Both the position numbers and the translations under genes were made by a program. DNA of 64,000 bases from a virus. The first letter of the stretch is position 1. The number at the start of each line of letters is the position of its first letter. The notes below the pieces were generated by a model. It made no database searches, had not been told where the DNA came from, and was given only the letters and a program-made list of their open reading frames with translations. Positions 8,101-19,600 of this stretch are shown here, piece after piece. The stretch is from the IMG/VR virus record IMGVR_UViG_3300042453_001086, positions 64,001 to 128,000 of that record, one strand, 5' to 3'.

Positions 8101-10492
8101 TTGCCGATCCTTCGTTAGAAATAATAGAACCTACTTGGAAATCTCCATTAATCTTTCCAGATTGAGCAATAGTTCCTAGTACTAAGTTACCATTAACAGT
8201 CGCTGTCGCAACTGCTGTTGTGGCATCATTATAGAAGTTTAATTCTGTGCCACGAATAGTTGCTTCAAGTGGAATCTCGGTTGGGTCAAATCCTCTTGCA
8301 GAACAACCATAGTTACCCCAAGAGTTGTTTCCGCCGAGGGAGCGCATACGAGCACCACCAGAGCAAGCATAACCAATATGAGCGTAGTAAGTAAAGCAAG
8401 AAACAATTTCTGAGTTTCCATTGTCCTTACACCAAATCGCAACACCCATTTCTGGGAACTGTGTTACGTTACCAAATAGTAAGCTTTGGTGACCAGAAGC
8501 AAAGTGAGATGGGTGATCTTTTCCTTCATTGACAGAACCATCTACAATAGCACCAACACCTTTAAATGAGTATGCCGCACAACTGTAAATATAAGGACTC
8601 TTAATAATATTCTGTGATACTAGGAATGGATTGATTCTCCAGAAAACGAACCCAACCTGACATTGTGTGATATCAGCAAGTTTGTTTCTTATTTCTTCCT
8701 CGATTGTCAATCCAGTTGTATCTGGCATAACAAAACCAGCATCGGGGTCTGGGTTGTTGAATACAAGATCCTTGAGCATCACACCTTCCGAAAGGAAGAA
8801 TAGAGTTGCTTTGGTGTTATCTAGATTTTCAACAGAAATGATATTTACTTCTGGTGCTGTTCCTAAATTAGTACCGTTTAAGAAAGTATCTGTATCGATA
8901 ATAGGACCGCCAGCAATGGTTTCAACATAAACCATTTTTTTGCGATTTGATTCTCCACTGCCCACGAGGGTAGCGTCAGTATCAGCGAAGTGAAGAACTC
9001 TTGCCGTTCTGGTTGCCCCTGCGACTGTATCAACAGTCAGTGTATCTCCTGGCTTTAATAAACATGTTGAATCAATGATTAATCTTTGAATCTTACTTAA
9101 ACCTGGACCTGGCTCGATAATAGTTCCTCTACTGTCGTCACCAACAACAGAACAATATGGCGGAACCGTAATAGGACACTCTTCGTCGTATACACCAGCT
9201 TTTACATAAATCGTTGCTGGGTTCTGTTCGTCGCAACCTTCTTGTGCAGCAATCTGAGTGGCGTACTTAACTGTTCTAAAAGCTCTTCCGATAGAACCGC
9301 CATATCCATCAGAAAAATCATCAACACCATCTAGGTTTACGAAGTAAACTTTTCTGGTTTTTGCATTACCCCATCCAGGAATACCATTTTCTGTAGCATA
9401 AAGAACCTGACCAGGATCTCCAATGGGCAATCTTGCGTTAGTGGCATTTGCTCTGTATAGAAGATCGCCTTTTGTTGTGATTGTACTTTCTTCATCACCT
9501 CTCGCAACTACAGACCAGAATCCATCTGCATCATTAGTTCCAGGATCTCTTCCTAAGTTATTGTAAGCAATGCTTACATAAGTACTAGAAGCTAGGGTGA
9601 TTACATCGTTCTTTTGATATGTTGTTTGGTCATCCCAATCACCTTTGTAAGATAAACCTTCGGAGATTAAACTCCATTTTAACGCACCATCTCCTGATTC
9701 ATTTGGAGCAATCCCAGCTACACTCGTAAGCATTTTAACGAATGTGTTTCCGCCAAAACGAACTACATCTCCAGGAACGTAAATGGTTGCTGGATTATAA
9801 ACACCTTTTGAATCAAAACCAATACTGATTACTTCCCAATCAGTACTAACATAGTTGTTTGGTTGCTTGTTAGTATTAATAGTTTTTGCGGTATATGAAT
9901 AACCACCAAAAAGAACGATGTCCCCAGGTTGATATTCCGTACTCGAATCCCAACTATCTTCAAACTTTACTGATTCTAAGTAAAGAGTAAACTTAGTAAT
10001 ATCAAATGCTGTCGTTGAAGTATGACCTAGATTGCATAGGTAAATGTTGTTTCCATATTTAACAAGATCATTGACTTTATACCAAGTGTTTTGCTGCCAA
10101 GTTCCTTTGTTTTCTGTGCCGTTATAAAAAAGATCCCAGTTACCAGCAAAGTTTGTTAGGTAAAAAAGATTTTGGTCGGATGGTGAAGTGTGGTTGTCTT
10201 TACAAATGTAAATATTACCACCATAACGCACAAGATCATTTTTAGCATAGAAAGTATTTGGTTGCCAAGAACCAGCATTTCTAATACCAGGAACATATAG
10301 TTCCCATCTTGGTGTACTTGCGTTGAGATCAACATCTTCCCATTGCTCTACTGAACCAGTAGAAGTGTGGTTAACCACACAAACGTAAGTATTACCTCTG
10401 AATGAGATAATGTCGTCCAGAACATAGGCGCGGTTTGGTTGCCATTCGCCAGTCCAGTTGAACTTTAGTCTACCTAATCTAAATTCAGCCAT
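5177..10492 (-). CDS. Large tail fibre-like virion protein (1771 aa): N-terminal Trp/Tyr repeats (CBM5/12-like), central beta-helix-like region, fibre-type C-terminus
   Basis: MAEFRLGRLKFNWTGEW start; repeated W...T.Y...D.V..GG..Y units; GRAFRTVKYA...GVYDEECPITVP...VVGD motif; C-terminal domain similar to the 540-aa ORF. Confidence 0.65.
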   Translation of the reverse strand: MAEFRLGRLKFNWTGEWQPNRAYVLDDIISFRGNTYVCVVNHTSTGSVEQWEDVDLNASTPRWELYVPGIRNAGSWQPNTFYAKNDLVRYGGNIYICKDNHTSPSDQNLFYLTNFAGNWDLFYNGTENKGTWQQNTWYKVNDLVKYGNNIYLCNLGHTSTTAFDITKFTLYLESVKFEDSWDSSTEYQPGDIVLFGGYSYTAKTINTNKQPNNYVSTDWEVISIGFDSKGVYNPATIYVPGDVVRFGGNTFVKMLTSVAGIAPNESGDGALKWSLISEGLSYKGDWDDQTTYQKNDVITLASSTYVSIAYNNLGRDPGTNDADGFWSVVARGDEESTITTKGDLLYRANATNARLPIGDPGQVLYATENGIPGWGNAKTRKVYFVNLDGVDDFSDGYGGSIGRAFRTVKYATQIAAQEGCDEQNPATIYVKAGVYDEECPITVPPYCSVVGDDSRGTIIEPGPGLSKIQRLIIDSTCLLKPGDTLTVDTVAGATRTARVLHFADTDATLVGSGESNRKKMVYVETIAGGPIIDTDTFLNGTNLGTAPEVNIISVENLDNTKATLFFLSEGVMLKDLVFNNPDPDAGFVMPDTTGLTIEEEIRNKLADITQCQVGFVFWRINPFLVSQNIIKSPYIYSCAAYSFKGVGAIVDGSVNEGKDHPSHFASGHQSLLFGNVTQFPEMGVAIWCKDNGNSEIVSCFTYYAHIGYACSGGARMRSLGGNNSWGNYGCSARGFDPTEIPLEATIRGTELNFYNDATTAVATATVNGNLVLGTIAQSGKINGDFQVGSIISNEGSANNTSITGVVGNGTTATVSFATKPFNPYAVGKQITISGVSNSAFNGTFTVTGIVGTDGIITGVQFASTTTATLGAGGTVRPALGKARVLYVLAGNDYTKVLIEPITGFIGDGQRCAQITGADPNNPPPVNIPEASTVIENSEFPTATPSESAANRATRGAKFAVINLPEKPKITSAVTFSDSIDGINYVIQEIENYSDGPSATFKVLDVTRTASLENTVVTIPIAKTGTFPTGVNRPAETHVGGTDVTLYSLLTGTNNQVLIDNPGQLLTSTSATNINILNPERVTAALATYNTASTTLYLLVGNELMLPTAVVSDAFNSYVTVTRAQEGTIAQEHADQDSPNFPANAVVKFVVKYTPVTTLRQDTTNLSNVLSYSSLTGNGGLPVFAFTDQEGIATKTINENDFIKVDNEFFRVDLKTSTNPGTAILTFFPVKSVAEGSGNRLQIRYRYSQIRLTGHDMLEIGTGGIATTNFPDEPIIRPDETKETNFIAPARIYYVTTNQDGNFKVGQFFKIDQATGKSTIDASAFDLTGLSNLQFALADGTKVGVQITKFDSDATLGGSESSDSFVPTQKAVKTYVDTNFISSNEDITVGSEAVNKNLTVNGNSNVTGDMIVGGSLQVSGTTTSINTTELIVEDVNVILAGGNVTGDSAIQGAGLTIKGTTDKTISYDGSSTTGRFNISENLLLAPGKYIASKPAAADGTGALVTEEIMIDTNVSGSTGIGLVFPTISQLDIGNASTALTIGATTGTTTVRNSLIVPAGTTTLAPLRFTPSSAALLTSPLQGGFEYNQIAFYASATTEGGRGIILAPQILRAAADFAQTGTTNTVRNVFSGTTQDAAPLRANTLYKFSGCYYLSKSTTTSGTWNLLFTFSNAPTNFRYNSIGANGPSATALLFQNTTATGSTAVTQAVTVTTDCAIRFEGYFVSNSTTGGTLTPQFNKSDTANATVNTRTNSYFEIQAMGPSNPSIIAGTWS

Positions 10493-10509
10493 TTTTATAC
10501 TTCCTGAGA

Positions 10510-11169
10510 TTAACGTGGTGATTGTGAATAATCATGGTTTCCGAACTTGGCAACCAAATAACCTTGATCATCGATATAGTAAGAGATTTTTCTCGCATCA
10601 AATCTATACTGTTGATATTTATCAGATGGGGAGTTTGAATATGTTTTTACCAACTCATCAACATATAAATGTAAATCTGATTGAGATGATTCTTCTTTTA
10701 TAAAAGTGGAAGAAACAATAATCTCATCGCCCACGGCAAAATCTTTGCCACCGTCAGTTACATTAATTTCGCTAATAACTCCATCAGAATCTCTTGTTAT
10801 AGAAACTGATAAATTTTTTCCTTTTTTATTGGATACTAATCCATTAACTACATATGTTTCATTAGCTTCTGACGTTAACTTAGTTCCTCCTGCAATAAGT
10901 TTCAGTCTAAGAACAGGTGCTTTTGCGTCAACATTATCTATTCCATCGAGTAAATCAGACAACTGAGTGTTTTCTTCGTTGAAAACATCAATGGTTCCTT
11001 CATCGGTAGGTCTTAGTGTGTTGTAATACAACATACCCTCGGAATCTCTTCTAAGTGCATGAAAATACCAACTAGTAGTAGTTCTTATTACACTACTAAT
11101 ATCTCCACTTCCGCCACCGCCGCCGCCACTACCAGAACCAGATAAATCACTACTTAAATATAGTGCCAT
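10510..11169 (-). CDS. Conserved hypothetical virion-module protein (219 aa)
   Basis: Clean ORF with Gly linker; FHALRRDSEGMLYY and KYQQYRFDARKISYYIDDQGYLVA motifs that I recognise from T4-like aquatic phage fibre modules. Confidence 0.6.
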   Translation of the reverse strand: MALYLSSDLSGSGSGGGGGGSGDISSVIRTTTSWYFHALRRDSEGMLYYNTLRPTDEGTIDVFNEENTQLSDLLDGIDNVDAKAPVLRLKLIAGGTKLTSEANETYVVNGLVSNKKGKNLSVSITRDSDGVISEINVTDGGKDFAVGDEIIVSSTFIKEESSQSDLHLYVDELVKTYSNSPSDKYQQYRFDARKISYYIDDQGYLVAKFGNHDYSQSPR

Positions 11170-11180
11170 TTATTTTTCTC

Positions 11181-11870
11181 CTATCTTGGGAATACTCTCC
11201 AATATTGACCATCCCAAACTATTCTAACGATAGCATTAGAAACATCAAAAACATATTCAGTGTCTTCAATATTTGCTGAGTTTATAAAAGATGCATTAAC
11301 ATCTCCAGGAATCAATCTGACAAAATTTATACCCCAGGTTCCTTTGGAATCTATAAACTCTATACCTTCACCATCTTCTACAACTAACAATCCAGTGGAA
11401 GAATCAATCTCCGTTGTGCTTGGTAGTGTTATTTCTACGACATTATCTGATGTATCTACCAAATATAATCCTTGTGATTCTGCATTAAAATCAGAATCAT
11501 ATGGAACATATCTAGGAAGACCATTAAATGTGTCTGCCCACGTCATCCCATCACCAGTGGCTTTGAGGATTTGACCTGATGTACCACCAGAACCATTTAC
11601 GATCATTGTGCCGATGGCATAAAAATCGTCTAAAGTTTTATTTTTTAGGGTATCTGTGGTATTTCTTGCTACTAAAGTATCAGTAGAGTTTGGTATCGTA
11701 ATGGTTGCAGAACCAGCAGTAGCGACAAGTTGATTGCCACTTAACTTTAACGTATTAGAATCTGCGCTATCAAATGTGAGATTTCTTAGCTTTCGGTCAA
11801 TACTGATAACTTCAGTATTAACAATGGATAAACCATTTTTAACAGAAAAGTTTTTGTTTTCTAGTGCCAT
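11181..11870 (-). CDS. Fibre-like structural protein (229 aa)
   Basis: KNFSVKNGL start, TDTLKNKTL and G.SGQIL...G.G..W fibre motifs, YLVDTS..V.ITLP...EFID..GTW domain. Confidence 0.55.
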   Translation of the reverse strand: MALENKNFSVKNGLSIVNTEVISIDRKLRNLTFDSADSNTLKLSGNQLVATAGSATITIPNSTDTLVARNTTDTLKNKTLDDFYAIGTMIVNGSGGTSGQILKATGDGMTWADTFNGLPRYVPYDSDFNAESQGLYLVDTSDNVVEITLPSTTEIDSSTGLLVVEDGEGIEFIDSKGTWGINFVRLIPGDVNASFINSANIEDTEYVFDVSNAIVRIVWDGQYWRVFPR

Positions 11871-11907
11871 GAAGGTTCACTTTCCCCCCCACATAAGGTT
11901 TCATAGA

Positions 11908-11915
11908 TATTTATA
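11908..11915 (-). promoter_or_regulatory. T4-type late promoter TATAAATA
   Basis: Exact consensus immediately after the terminator U-tract, upstream of ORF 11181..11870. Confidence 0.75.
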
Positions 11916-11942
11916 AAAAAAATCCCCCCGTGAGGAGGGATT
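11915..11942 (-). terminator. Intrinsic terminator after the 540-aa gene
   Basis: Minus strand AATCCCTCC-TCAC-GGGGGGATT stem followed by a T-run. Confidence 0.8.
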
Positions 11943-11962
11943 GGAAAATATGTGAAAAAATA

Positions 11963-13585
11963 TCACGCAACAAAAGTTCCAATACTTCCAGCAGGTAATC
12001 TTCTTACAGTGTAGAAACTGCCTCTCTGCAGTGTAATACCGTTAGCAGAAGAAGTGACACGCAGACGAATGTTTCCAGCAGTGGTTGCATTTGCATGGAA
12101 GTAAGCTCTCACAACATGGTAGTGGTTACCAATGTTCATTGAGGGGGATGCTGGAAGTGCTAGAGAAGCAGCAGCACCAGTGCTAATGTGCTGACCAACC
12201 GTACCAGCGTTTTGTAAACCAATAGAGCTTAATGCAGCATATTGCCAGTTTTGTGTACTGACTAATGTGTATGTATGTGTGCCAGCAGTAGTGGTGCGAA
12301 TCCAATACATGTGATATTCAATCTCATAGTATGCACCAGCAAGGAAAGGAAAACTACTATTTGCAGGAAACGCATCAATAATAGCAGTACCAGTAATAGT
12401 AGTGTTATTTGCTGTTACTTGATGACGTGTGAGAACTTCTGCGTACTTTCTACCGTTGGTAGTATCACCGTTTGTTAAATACCACAAGTCCCCATCATAT
12501 TCAACGCAACCTGCTGCTGGAGATGACAATAGAGATCCATTCGTAAAATGAATAGGAGCTTTTGATGTAGTACCTGCTGCTGGTTTGAAAGAAGTATCTG
12601 CATCAATAACAATATCTCCAGTACCAGCTGCGCCAAGTCTTAGGTTAACATTGGTTTCTCCAACAGATTCAATCAGAGGTCCAGTAAGACCAGTAGCAGC
12701 ATTAGTAATCTTAACTTCATTGACAGCACTTGCAGTGACACCAAACTTTAAAAGTTCTGCACCATTACTATCTGCAATAAATCCATCGTTTACAAAACGA
12801 GGAGCAGTTAATGTTTTGCCAGATAGTATTTGTGATCCATCAATAGAAACAATATCACCAGCGTTTGTTCCACCGATTGTTTTACCTAAAACAGCAGATG
12901 AAGAAAGAACTACAGAACCATTGATTTCGTATGCTTTACCGCTAGCAAGGTTGAAATCTTCTGTGGAATCAAATCTCGCACCAGTATTATTATACTGAAT
13001 ACCAATACCAGTAGTACCTAGTGTGAATCCACCAGTATCTACACCAGCAGCAGTTGTTTGCCCATCACCTAAAACAATCAAAGGATCATTGATTGTCATT
13101 GTGGTAGAATCAATGGTAGTAGTAGTTCCAAGAACTTCTAAGTTACCTTTAATCTGAACAGTGCCAGTATCATTACCAACTACAGCTGGATCAATAACAA
13201 GAGTTGATGGACCTTGAATCTGAGCGCCAGTTCCAAGAATAATACTCTGGTTAATAGTACCATTGATAGTAACAGTGTCTGCAGAATCGCTTCCGAGGAT
13301 AACGTTACCATTTGCATCTAAGGATGTGAAAGCACCACTGTTTCTAGTGGTAGCTCCAATGGAAGCATTATTGATTGTACCTCCATTGATTGCTGGAGAT
13401 GTGAGTGTTTTATTGGTTAGAGTTTGGGTGGCAGTTCTGCCTACCATCTGCTGTCCTCCAGCAGTCACACCATCATGGACAACGACTACATCTAGGTCAG
13501 TATCTACAGTTACTTCAGCAAGAGCACCCGTAAAGGAGCTATGCTGAGTTGTAGTGCCCCTTCTAAACTGAACTTCTTTTGTCAT
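11963..13585 (-). CDS. Tail fibre-like protein with Mtd_N-type N-terminal domain (540 aa)
   Basis: QFRRGTTTQHSSFTGALAEVTVDTD..VVVHDGVTAGG is the major-tropism-determinant N-terminal motif; QTLTNKTLT fibre repeats. Confidence 0.7.
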   Translation of the reverse strand: MTKEVQFRRGTTTQHSSFTGALAEVTVDTDLDVVVVHDGVTAGGQQMVGRTATQTLTNKTLTSPAINGGTINNASIGATTRNSGAFTSLDANGNVILGSDSADTVTINGTINQSIILGTGAQIQGPSTLVIDPAVVGNDTGTVQIKGNLEVLGTTTTIDSTTMTINDPLIVLGDGQTTAAGVDTGGFTLGTTGIGIQYNNTGARFDSTEDFNLASGKAYEINGSVVLSSSAVLGKTIGGTNAGDIVSIDGSQILSGKTLTAPRFVNDGFIADSNGAELLKFGVTASAVNEVKITNAATGLTGPLIESVGETNVNLRLGAAGTGDIVIDADTSFKPAAGTTSKAPIHFTNGSLLSSPAAGCVEYDGDLWYLTNGDTTNGRKYAEVLTRHQVTANNTTITGTAIIDAFPANSSFPFLAGAYYEIEYHMYWIRTTTAGTHTYTLVSTQNWQYAALSSIGLQNAGTVGQHISTGAAASLALPASPSMNIGNHYHVVRAYFHANATTAGNIRLRVTSSANGITLQRGSFYTVRRLPAGSIGTFVA

Positions 13586-13617
13586 TTTTCTATGTTACCT
13601 TTATTAGATATTTATGA

Positions 13618-16600
13618 TTATGCCTGTGATTCAGACCAAGTGATCCTTGAGGACAGAGATAGAGGAGAGTTAACCGTAATACCCGAAGTATTCAAAGGAG
13701 CAACAGCAACTGTTAGTACGTCTGGTCCATCAGGGAATACACCATCACCACCTAGAATAGAGTTGCCGAGTGATAGTAGGTTATCAATAGCTTGGTTAAA
13801 CACGTTAGATAGTTTCTTACCACTTGACTCAGTAGATCCACCAGAAGCACGGAAGGTGAACACGGTTGTTCCACCAGTTACAGTATCGTCGTTGACGTGA
13901 GAAATATACTGACATAGTGAAGGTCTTCCGATGTTCTGCCAGTTATACTGACTCAATGCTCCGTTTAGAATCAAACGAATCTCAATATCATGTGTGGTAA
14001 GCATACCAACCGTTTGTAAAGCAAGTTGCATTCGGTTGATGATATCCCTAACGCCAACGTCACCAATCAAACCACTATCAACAGAAGGAGCAAGACGAAT
14101 GGAAAGCATTGGAATCAGTGAAGGGATTGGAGTATCCGTACCAACTGTATGTGTTAATGCTGCTGATGTGGTGGCAGCAATAAAACCAGATGTTCCAGGT
14201 GGATTTGTAGTTTGTGAGGCAGCTGCAGCGGTGAAGAAGAAGTCAATATCAGCACTACCACCACCAGTGTTGAGAACACGATAGATTCTTGCCTGACCAC
14301 CAGCAACGGCAGTTACTGCATTGATAGCAGTTGAGGCAATCTGCGTACCGAATGAAACTGAACCAATCGCAGCAAAACCAGAAGCGTCTGTTCTGAATCT
14401 ATGAATGATTCTGTTACCATAACCAGGAACAGATGTTAGAGTTACGTTATAACGGAAGTTAAAACGGAAGAACTGTAAAGCATTACCTTGAGTTGTAAAG
14501 TCAATAGCAGTGCCATTAAGAGTATTAGAAAGTTGGAAATCGTTCGTTGCTGAACCAACAACATAATAGTAGTTTCCATTTACCAATGGTGCAATAACAG
14601 CACCACCACCAGAGTCATATCTCAACAGAGTTCCATTAGAGAAACCATGTGCAGTAATAGTGATTCTATTTGTTGTGACGTTAACGTTTGCGGTTGGAAT
14701 GACAGAAGTAGATGAAGAAGTAGTTGGAGCAGTTGTGGTAGAACCATCAGTGTTTACATAAGTATAGTTTCCAGCAGTACCAGTTGTAGTTGTTGAACTA
14801 CCAGAGAATGAAAGTAGAGATGAAGAACCAGTGAATAGGTATGAACCGTCATCATCATACTTACCATCCATCTGAATGGTAGTACCCCAGTGTGCTAGTG
14901 AAGGAGCAAAAGCTGGTACACCAGTGTTGAGAATCTCATAACGAGCAGGTAAGTTACCAGAACGTAGGTATGCTTCGTACTCTTTGTTGTTATGCTTGAA
15001 CTCGTGCATGTACTTAACATGACCGTTCTGATCCTTGAATCCAAAACGAATCTTACCTGCACCGTACCACGAGTAGTCAATGTAGGCCATCTGAATCTTG
15101 CCAATATTTAAGACATATCCAGTTGGACCAGTACCGTCGCACTTGTCAATGCTGAACTCATGCTGTGGAACTTTAATGTCAATAGTTTTGGTGATAACTG
15201 CACGAGTTGTTGTAACTCCTTTATAAGAAGGAGAAACATACATTGTGCTGTTTGAAGCAATATTAACGATCTTATAAGATTGCCCTCTGATTGCTACATA
15301 ATCACCAGCGGATAACTGCTCAAGGAAACGAGTACCTTGACCAGAAATAACAGGACTATTGTTTGTTGCGTTAATAGTACCAGCAACTTGCTGAGTGCTA
15401 TTTCTTCTAACTGCATATAGGGTTGTGCCATCATATTCCCAGAACATACCGTTCTGCATATCAAACATACCACAACGAATAGCAGAACCATTCCAGTTTC
15501 TGATTTGTAGTTTAGGGAATCCATTTGCCGAAGTGTCAGATGGTTCTCCATCCATAACGTAAGTAAATGTTGTTTGTGAAGGAACGCTTTGAACTGGGAA
15601 AGTCCCGTTGTAATAGTTTACACCCGAGCTAACTTCTGCTTCTGCAACTGTGAATGTTTTGTTTGCAACTAGACCATGTGGAAGAAGTGTGGTTACAGTA
15701 GCAACGTTGCCACTTGCTGTGATTGACTGAATCTCAATAGATGGATTGAAGTTAATAGCGAACTGACACGCTAGACCTTTACCTGACTGGTAACGGAAGT
15801 ATCTACGAGTCTGACGAATGATTTGTGAGTCAGCACCGTATCCAGCATTAATCTCAACACCACCGTCAAATGGTCTGTGAAGACTGAATGCACCAGGACG
15901 TACATAAAGACCAGAAGGAATCAGATATGTTAGACCAGAAGTAGTTGAAGCTGCAGCATCTGCAATCGTTAGTGAGGTGTTGGACTTGATAGCAATAATC
16001 TCAGAAGCAAGTACAGAACCTGTTCCTAGATTGATGATAATCGTATCACCAACACGGAATGTTGAAAGGAAAGTAGTATTCGTTCCAGTGACAGTTGTTA
16101 AACCACTACTGATGGCAACAGTACCTGTTCCAGCAACTTCGCCTACAACACTAGATGACGTAAAGATGTGCGAAGTTCCTGTTCCAATACTGGTAATGTC
16201 TCTTGCCGATCCCCCTAAAGCATTTTCGTAACTATCTGCCAACTTGAATGTATCTTTATCAAGTCTGATAATAAAGTATGTAGCATTGTTAGTTAAGTTT
16301 CCTAAAGAAGTATTGCCATTATTACTATACTCAACAGAAGTACCAGATGCAAAACGGTGGTTTGTGATAGTGAATACATCTGTAGTAGTATTCAACTGAG
16401 TTGTTGGGTTTAGAGATCTTTGAATCTTTGGAATCTGAGCAGAAACGTCAAATGTATATTGAGTAGGTGAAGCTACGTTGGTTACAGTGTAAGCACCATC
16501 AAACGATCCAGCAGTTTGAATGTTTAATGACTGTGTTCCAGTACCAGCAGAGGTTAGATTGATTCTAGTTCCATTGCTGGAAGCAGCGACAGTGAATCTA

Positions 16601-19600
16601 TCTAATCCAATAACTTCCTTTACATAATACGTTTGAAGGTCAGTTAAACCACCGATTGTAGTATTGCCACCATCATCATAAACAAGTTCTGTGCCAGGTA
16701 CTAGACCGTGGTTTGCCTTGAAGATAGTGTCAGCAGTTGGGTTGGTAACAGTCTTAGTGAAGACATGGGCAGAACCAGTACCAAAACTCTCAAGGTCTAA
16801 ACGATTACCTACAGAAGTTGTTTTGAGACCAAACTTAGTTGGCGAACTTAAGTCAATATAGTAACCCTTAGTTACAGAACCAAATGCAGATCCAGTTCCA
16901 GGATTTGCGGTTGATGTAACAGTAAACTGAGTACTTCCGTTAGTCGTAGCAATCGTCCAGCTTCCATTGTATGCAGATGGTGTTACACCACTGATAACAA
17001 CACCTTCTCCAACAGACCACGATGAAGAGTTAGTTGTTACTGTAAAGTTGGATGCGGTTGAAGTGATGGCAGTAATAGTAACAGCAGAGTTTTGGGTTAT
17101 GCCAGCAATAGATGTTCCGCCACCATTTGAATATGTAACAATATCATTGTCAGCAAATCCATGTGCGCTTGAGAAGTTGATTAGGTTTCTTGCTGCATAT
17201 TCTTGGTAAGGAACGAATGCATGAATACCACTTGTTTGTGAGAAACTATGTGTAAATGATTGAGTGCCGTAATCAGTTAAGTTGATTCTAACTCCACTAG
17301 AAGTTAGAGATAATCCAAATCTGTTTGCATCATAACGTCTTACGAAGTACTTCGTATTTGTTGTGAGACCAGTGATAGCAGTGTTTCCATTAGAATCATA
17401 ATTTACCTCATCGTTATCATTATATCCGTGGTTTGCTTGATAGATAGTCCAAGCAGTTTCTAGTGAACGATAAGGAACGAGTAGATGAATCTGACCACCC
17501 GCAGCAAATGTATATCCAGCACTGAATGTGAATGCCGTACCACCTCTTGTTGTAGCAAGAGTCATTTGAGTGGCAGCAGGATAAGACCTTGAGAAGAATG
17601 TAGTTCCTAGATTAGTATTTACTGCCGTGATAACACCACTGGTTGTTGCGTTAGCTGCTGTGTTTAAGGTATAAGTACCAGCACCACCAGCACCAGTTCC
17701 AAAAGCAATAATAAATGCACCAGCAGGAATACCAGGACCAGAAACGGCAGAACCGATTTCTAGTGCTCCACTGATTGCAGTTGGAGATCCGCTAACAGTA
17801 ATACTAGCACTTCCATTTGTTGTGCTGACTGATCCAATAAATGTAGTTGCATGTGCGCCGCTGCTATACCATTGAGCAGTGTTTGCTTCAGCACCTTGTA
17901 ATACGTTACCAGTGGATGAGAGGTTGGCTAATGCTGGACCTTTGTAATAAACAAACTTTTGATCGGTATTTCCGCTGATTGCGAATCCTCTACCAGCGTC
18001 ACTGTTGTTAACATCAGTTGCTTGCATAGTGATGGTGGCAACACCATTCGTAACAGAGTTGATACACATACCAGCAACAAGTAGGAATCCAGGTCCACTC
18101 AAACCAGATAAAGTTAGTGCAGTAGTTCCGTTTTGAACTAATGTGAGAGCAGGAGCTGCTGGTGTAGCACTGGCAACGCCTGTAGTTCTAATAGCGTATG
18201 CTCTACCATTCGTAAGAGCAGCTGGTAGTGTAGTACCAGGAAGAGCAATAAGTGCTACACCAGTCTGGTCCGTGAATACTGTAGTGTTAGCACCAAAGTT
18301 AATAAAGTTACCTGAAATCATGTTAGGTGTCACCAGGGCAATACCGCTGTTTGATGCACCATGTAAAGTTCCCTTACGAGAAGTGGCGTTTAAAATATTG
18401 ACACCTAAAGAATCTGGTGAATACTGTAAGTTGCCAGTAATAGTTGTTGCAGTAGAAACAGTTTGCGAAGCACTAACTGTGTATGTTCCAGTTCCGCCAG
18501 TGCCAGTTCCAAAAGCAGTGATTCTAGTTCCAGCAGTTACACCAGTACCAGAAATGACACTACCAATCTCTAAACGACCATCTGTAACAGCAGAGATTGT
18601 TAGTGTTGTTGTGGCGATAGTACCAGTACCACTGAAAGCACTAGCCTCTTTTCTTAATGGACTGATTGCTAGAAGTGGACCTTCGGTTACATTATAGTTT
18701 CCAGTTGAAGTTGAGTTGATGGTCCAATCTGCAGAAGCACCACCAGTAACAAAATATGTACTGGTTAAGTTTGCCGAATCAGCAGTATACCAGTCTGCAA
18801 TAGTGCCAACAGCATCAGCAGGACCAGTAGTGCCAGCAGAAGACTGTTGAATCAAAGCAGGGCTTTGATCTCCTCTGTAGTAAACAAATCTCTGTGAACT
18901 AGCCCAACCAGGATTCTCAAAGAACTTGATTTGGTCGTTGCTATAGTTAATGCTTCTTACGCCATGCGCTCTAACAATAGCGAACTGACCGCTACCAGTG
19001 CTGGTGATATCTACAGGAGTTGTTGAACTCCAGTATCTTGTTAGATAGAAGGTATTGACATCAATAGTTCTAAGAACATATGCACGACCACCTGTTACAC
19101 CACCAGGCATTGTAGAACCAGCAGCAGGGAAAATAACTACTGCTTGGTTATCAGAGAATCCATGTGAGCTTAGCGTAATGTTATTTGTTGCTGCATCAAC
19201 AGCATCGCTTGTGAATGCTTTAGTATTAGAAATACCAGATGCACCTTGCTTGTCCCAGATAGTTACGTTGTAAGAATCTAGTGTTCCTACGGACTGAGTT
19301 CCTGTTGGATTGACGGTTGCAGTTGATGTGATTGTATCTGCAGTATCAACTAGAGTTGCATCAAATGAAATATTGCTCAGAGCAATAGTATTTGTCAAAT
19401 AGAAAGCAGCTCCATTAACAAACCCTGATGGATATGGAGTTTCAATCGTAATGGTTGATGGGTTGGCAGCATTAGTTGTGATTGTCTTATACTGAACTTG
19501 CGAACCCTGATAAAACTGTCCAGGAGTAATGGTTGTGTAAGATCCAAAAACAGAACCAGTAAATGTTGCTTTCTCTCTGGCAACAAAAGTAAAACGATCT

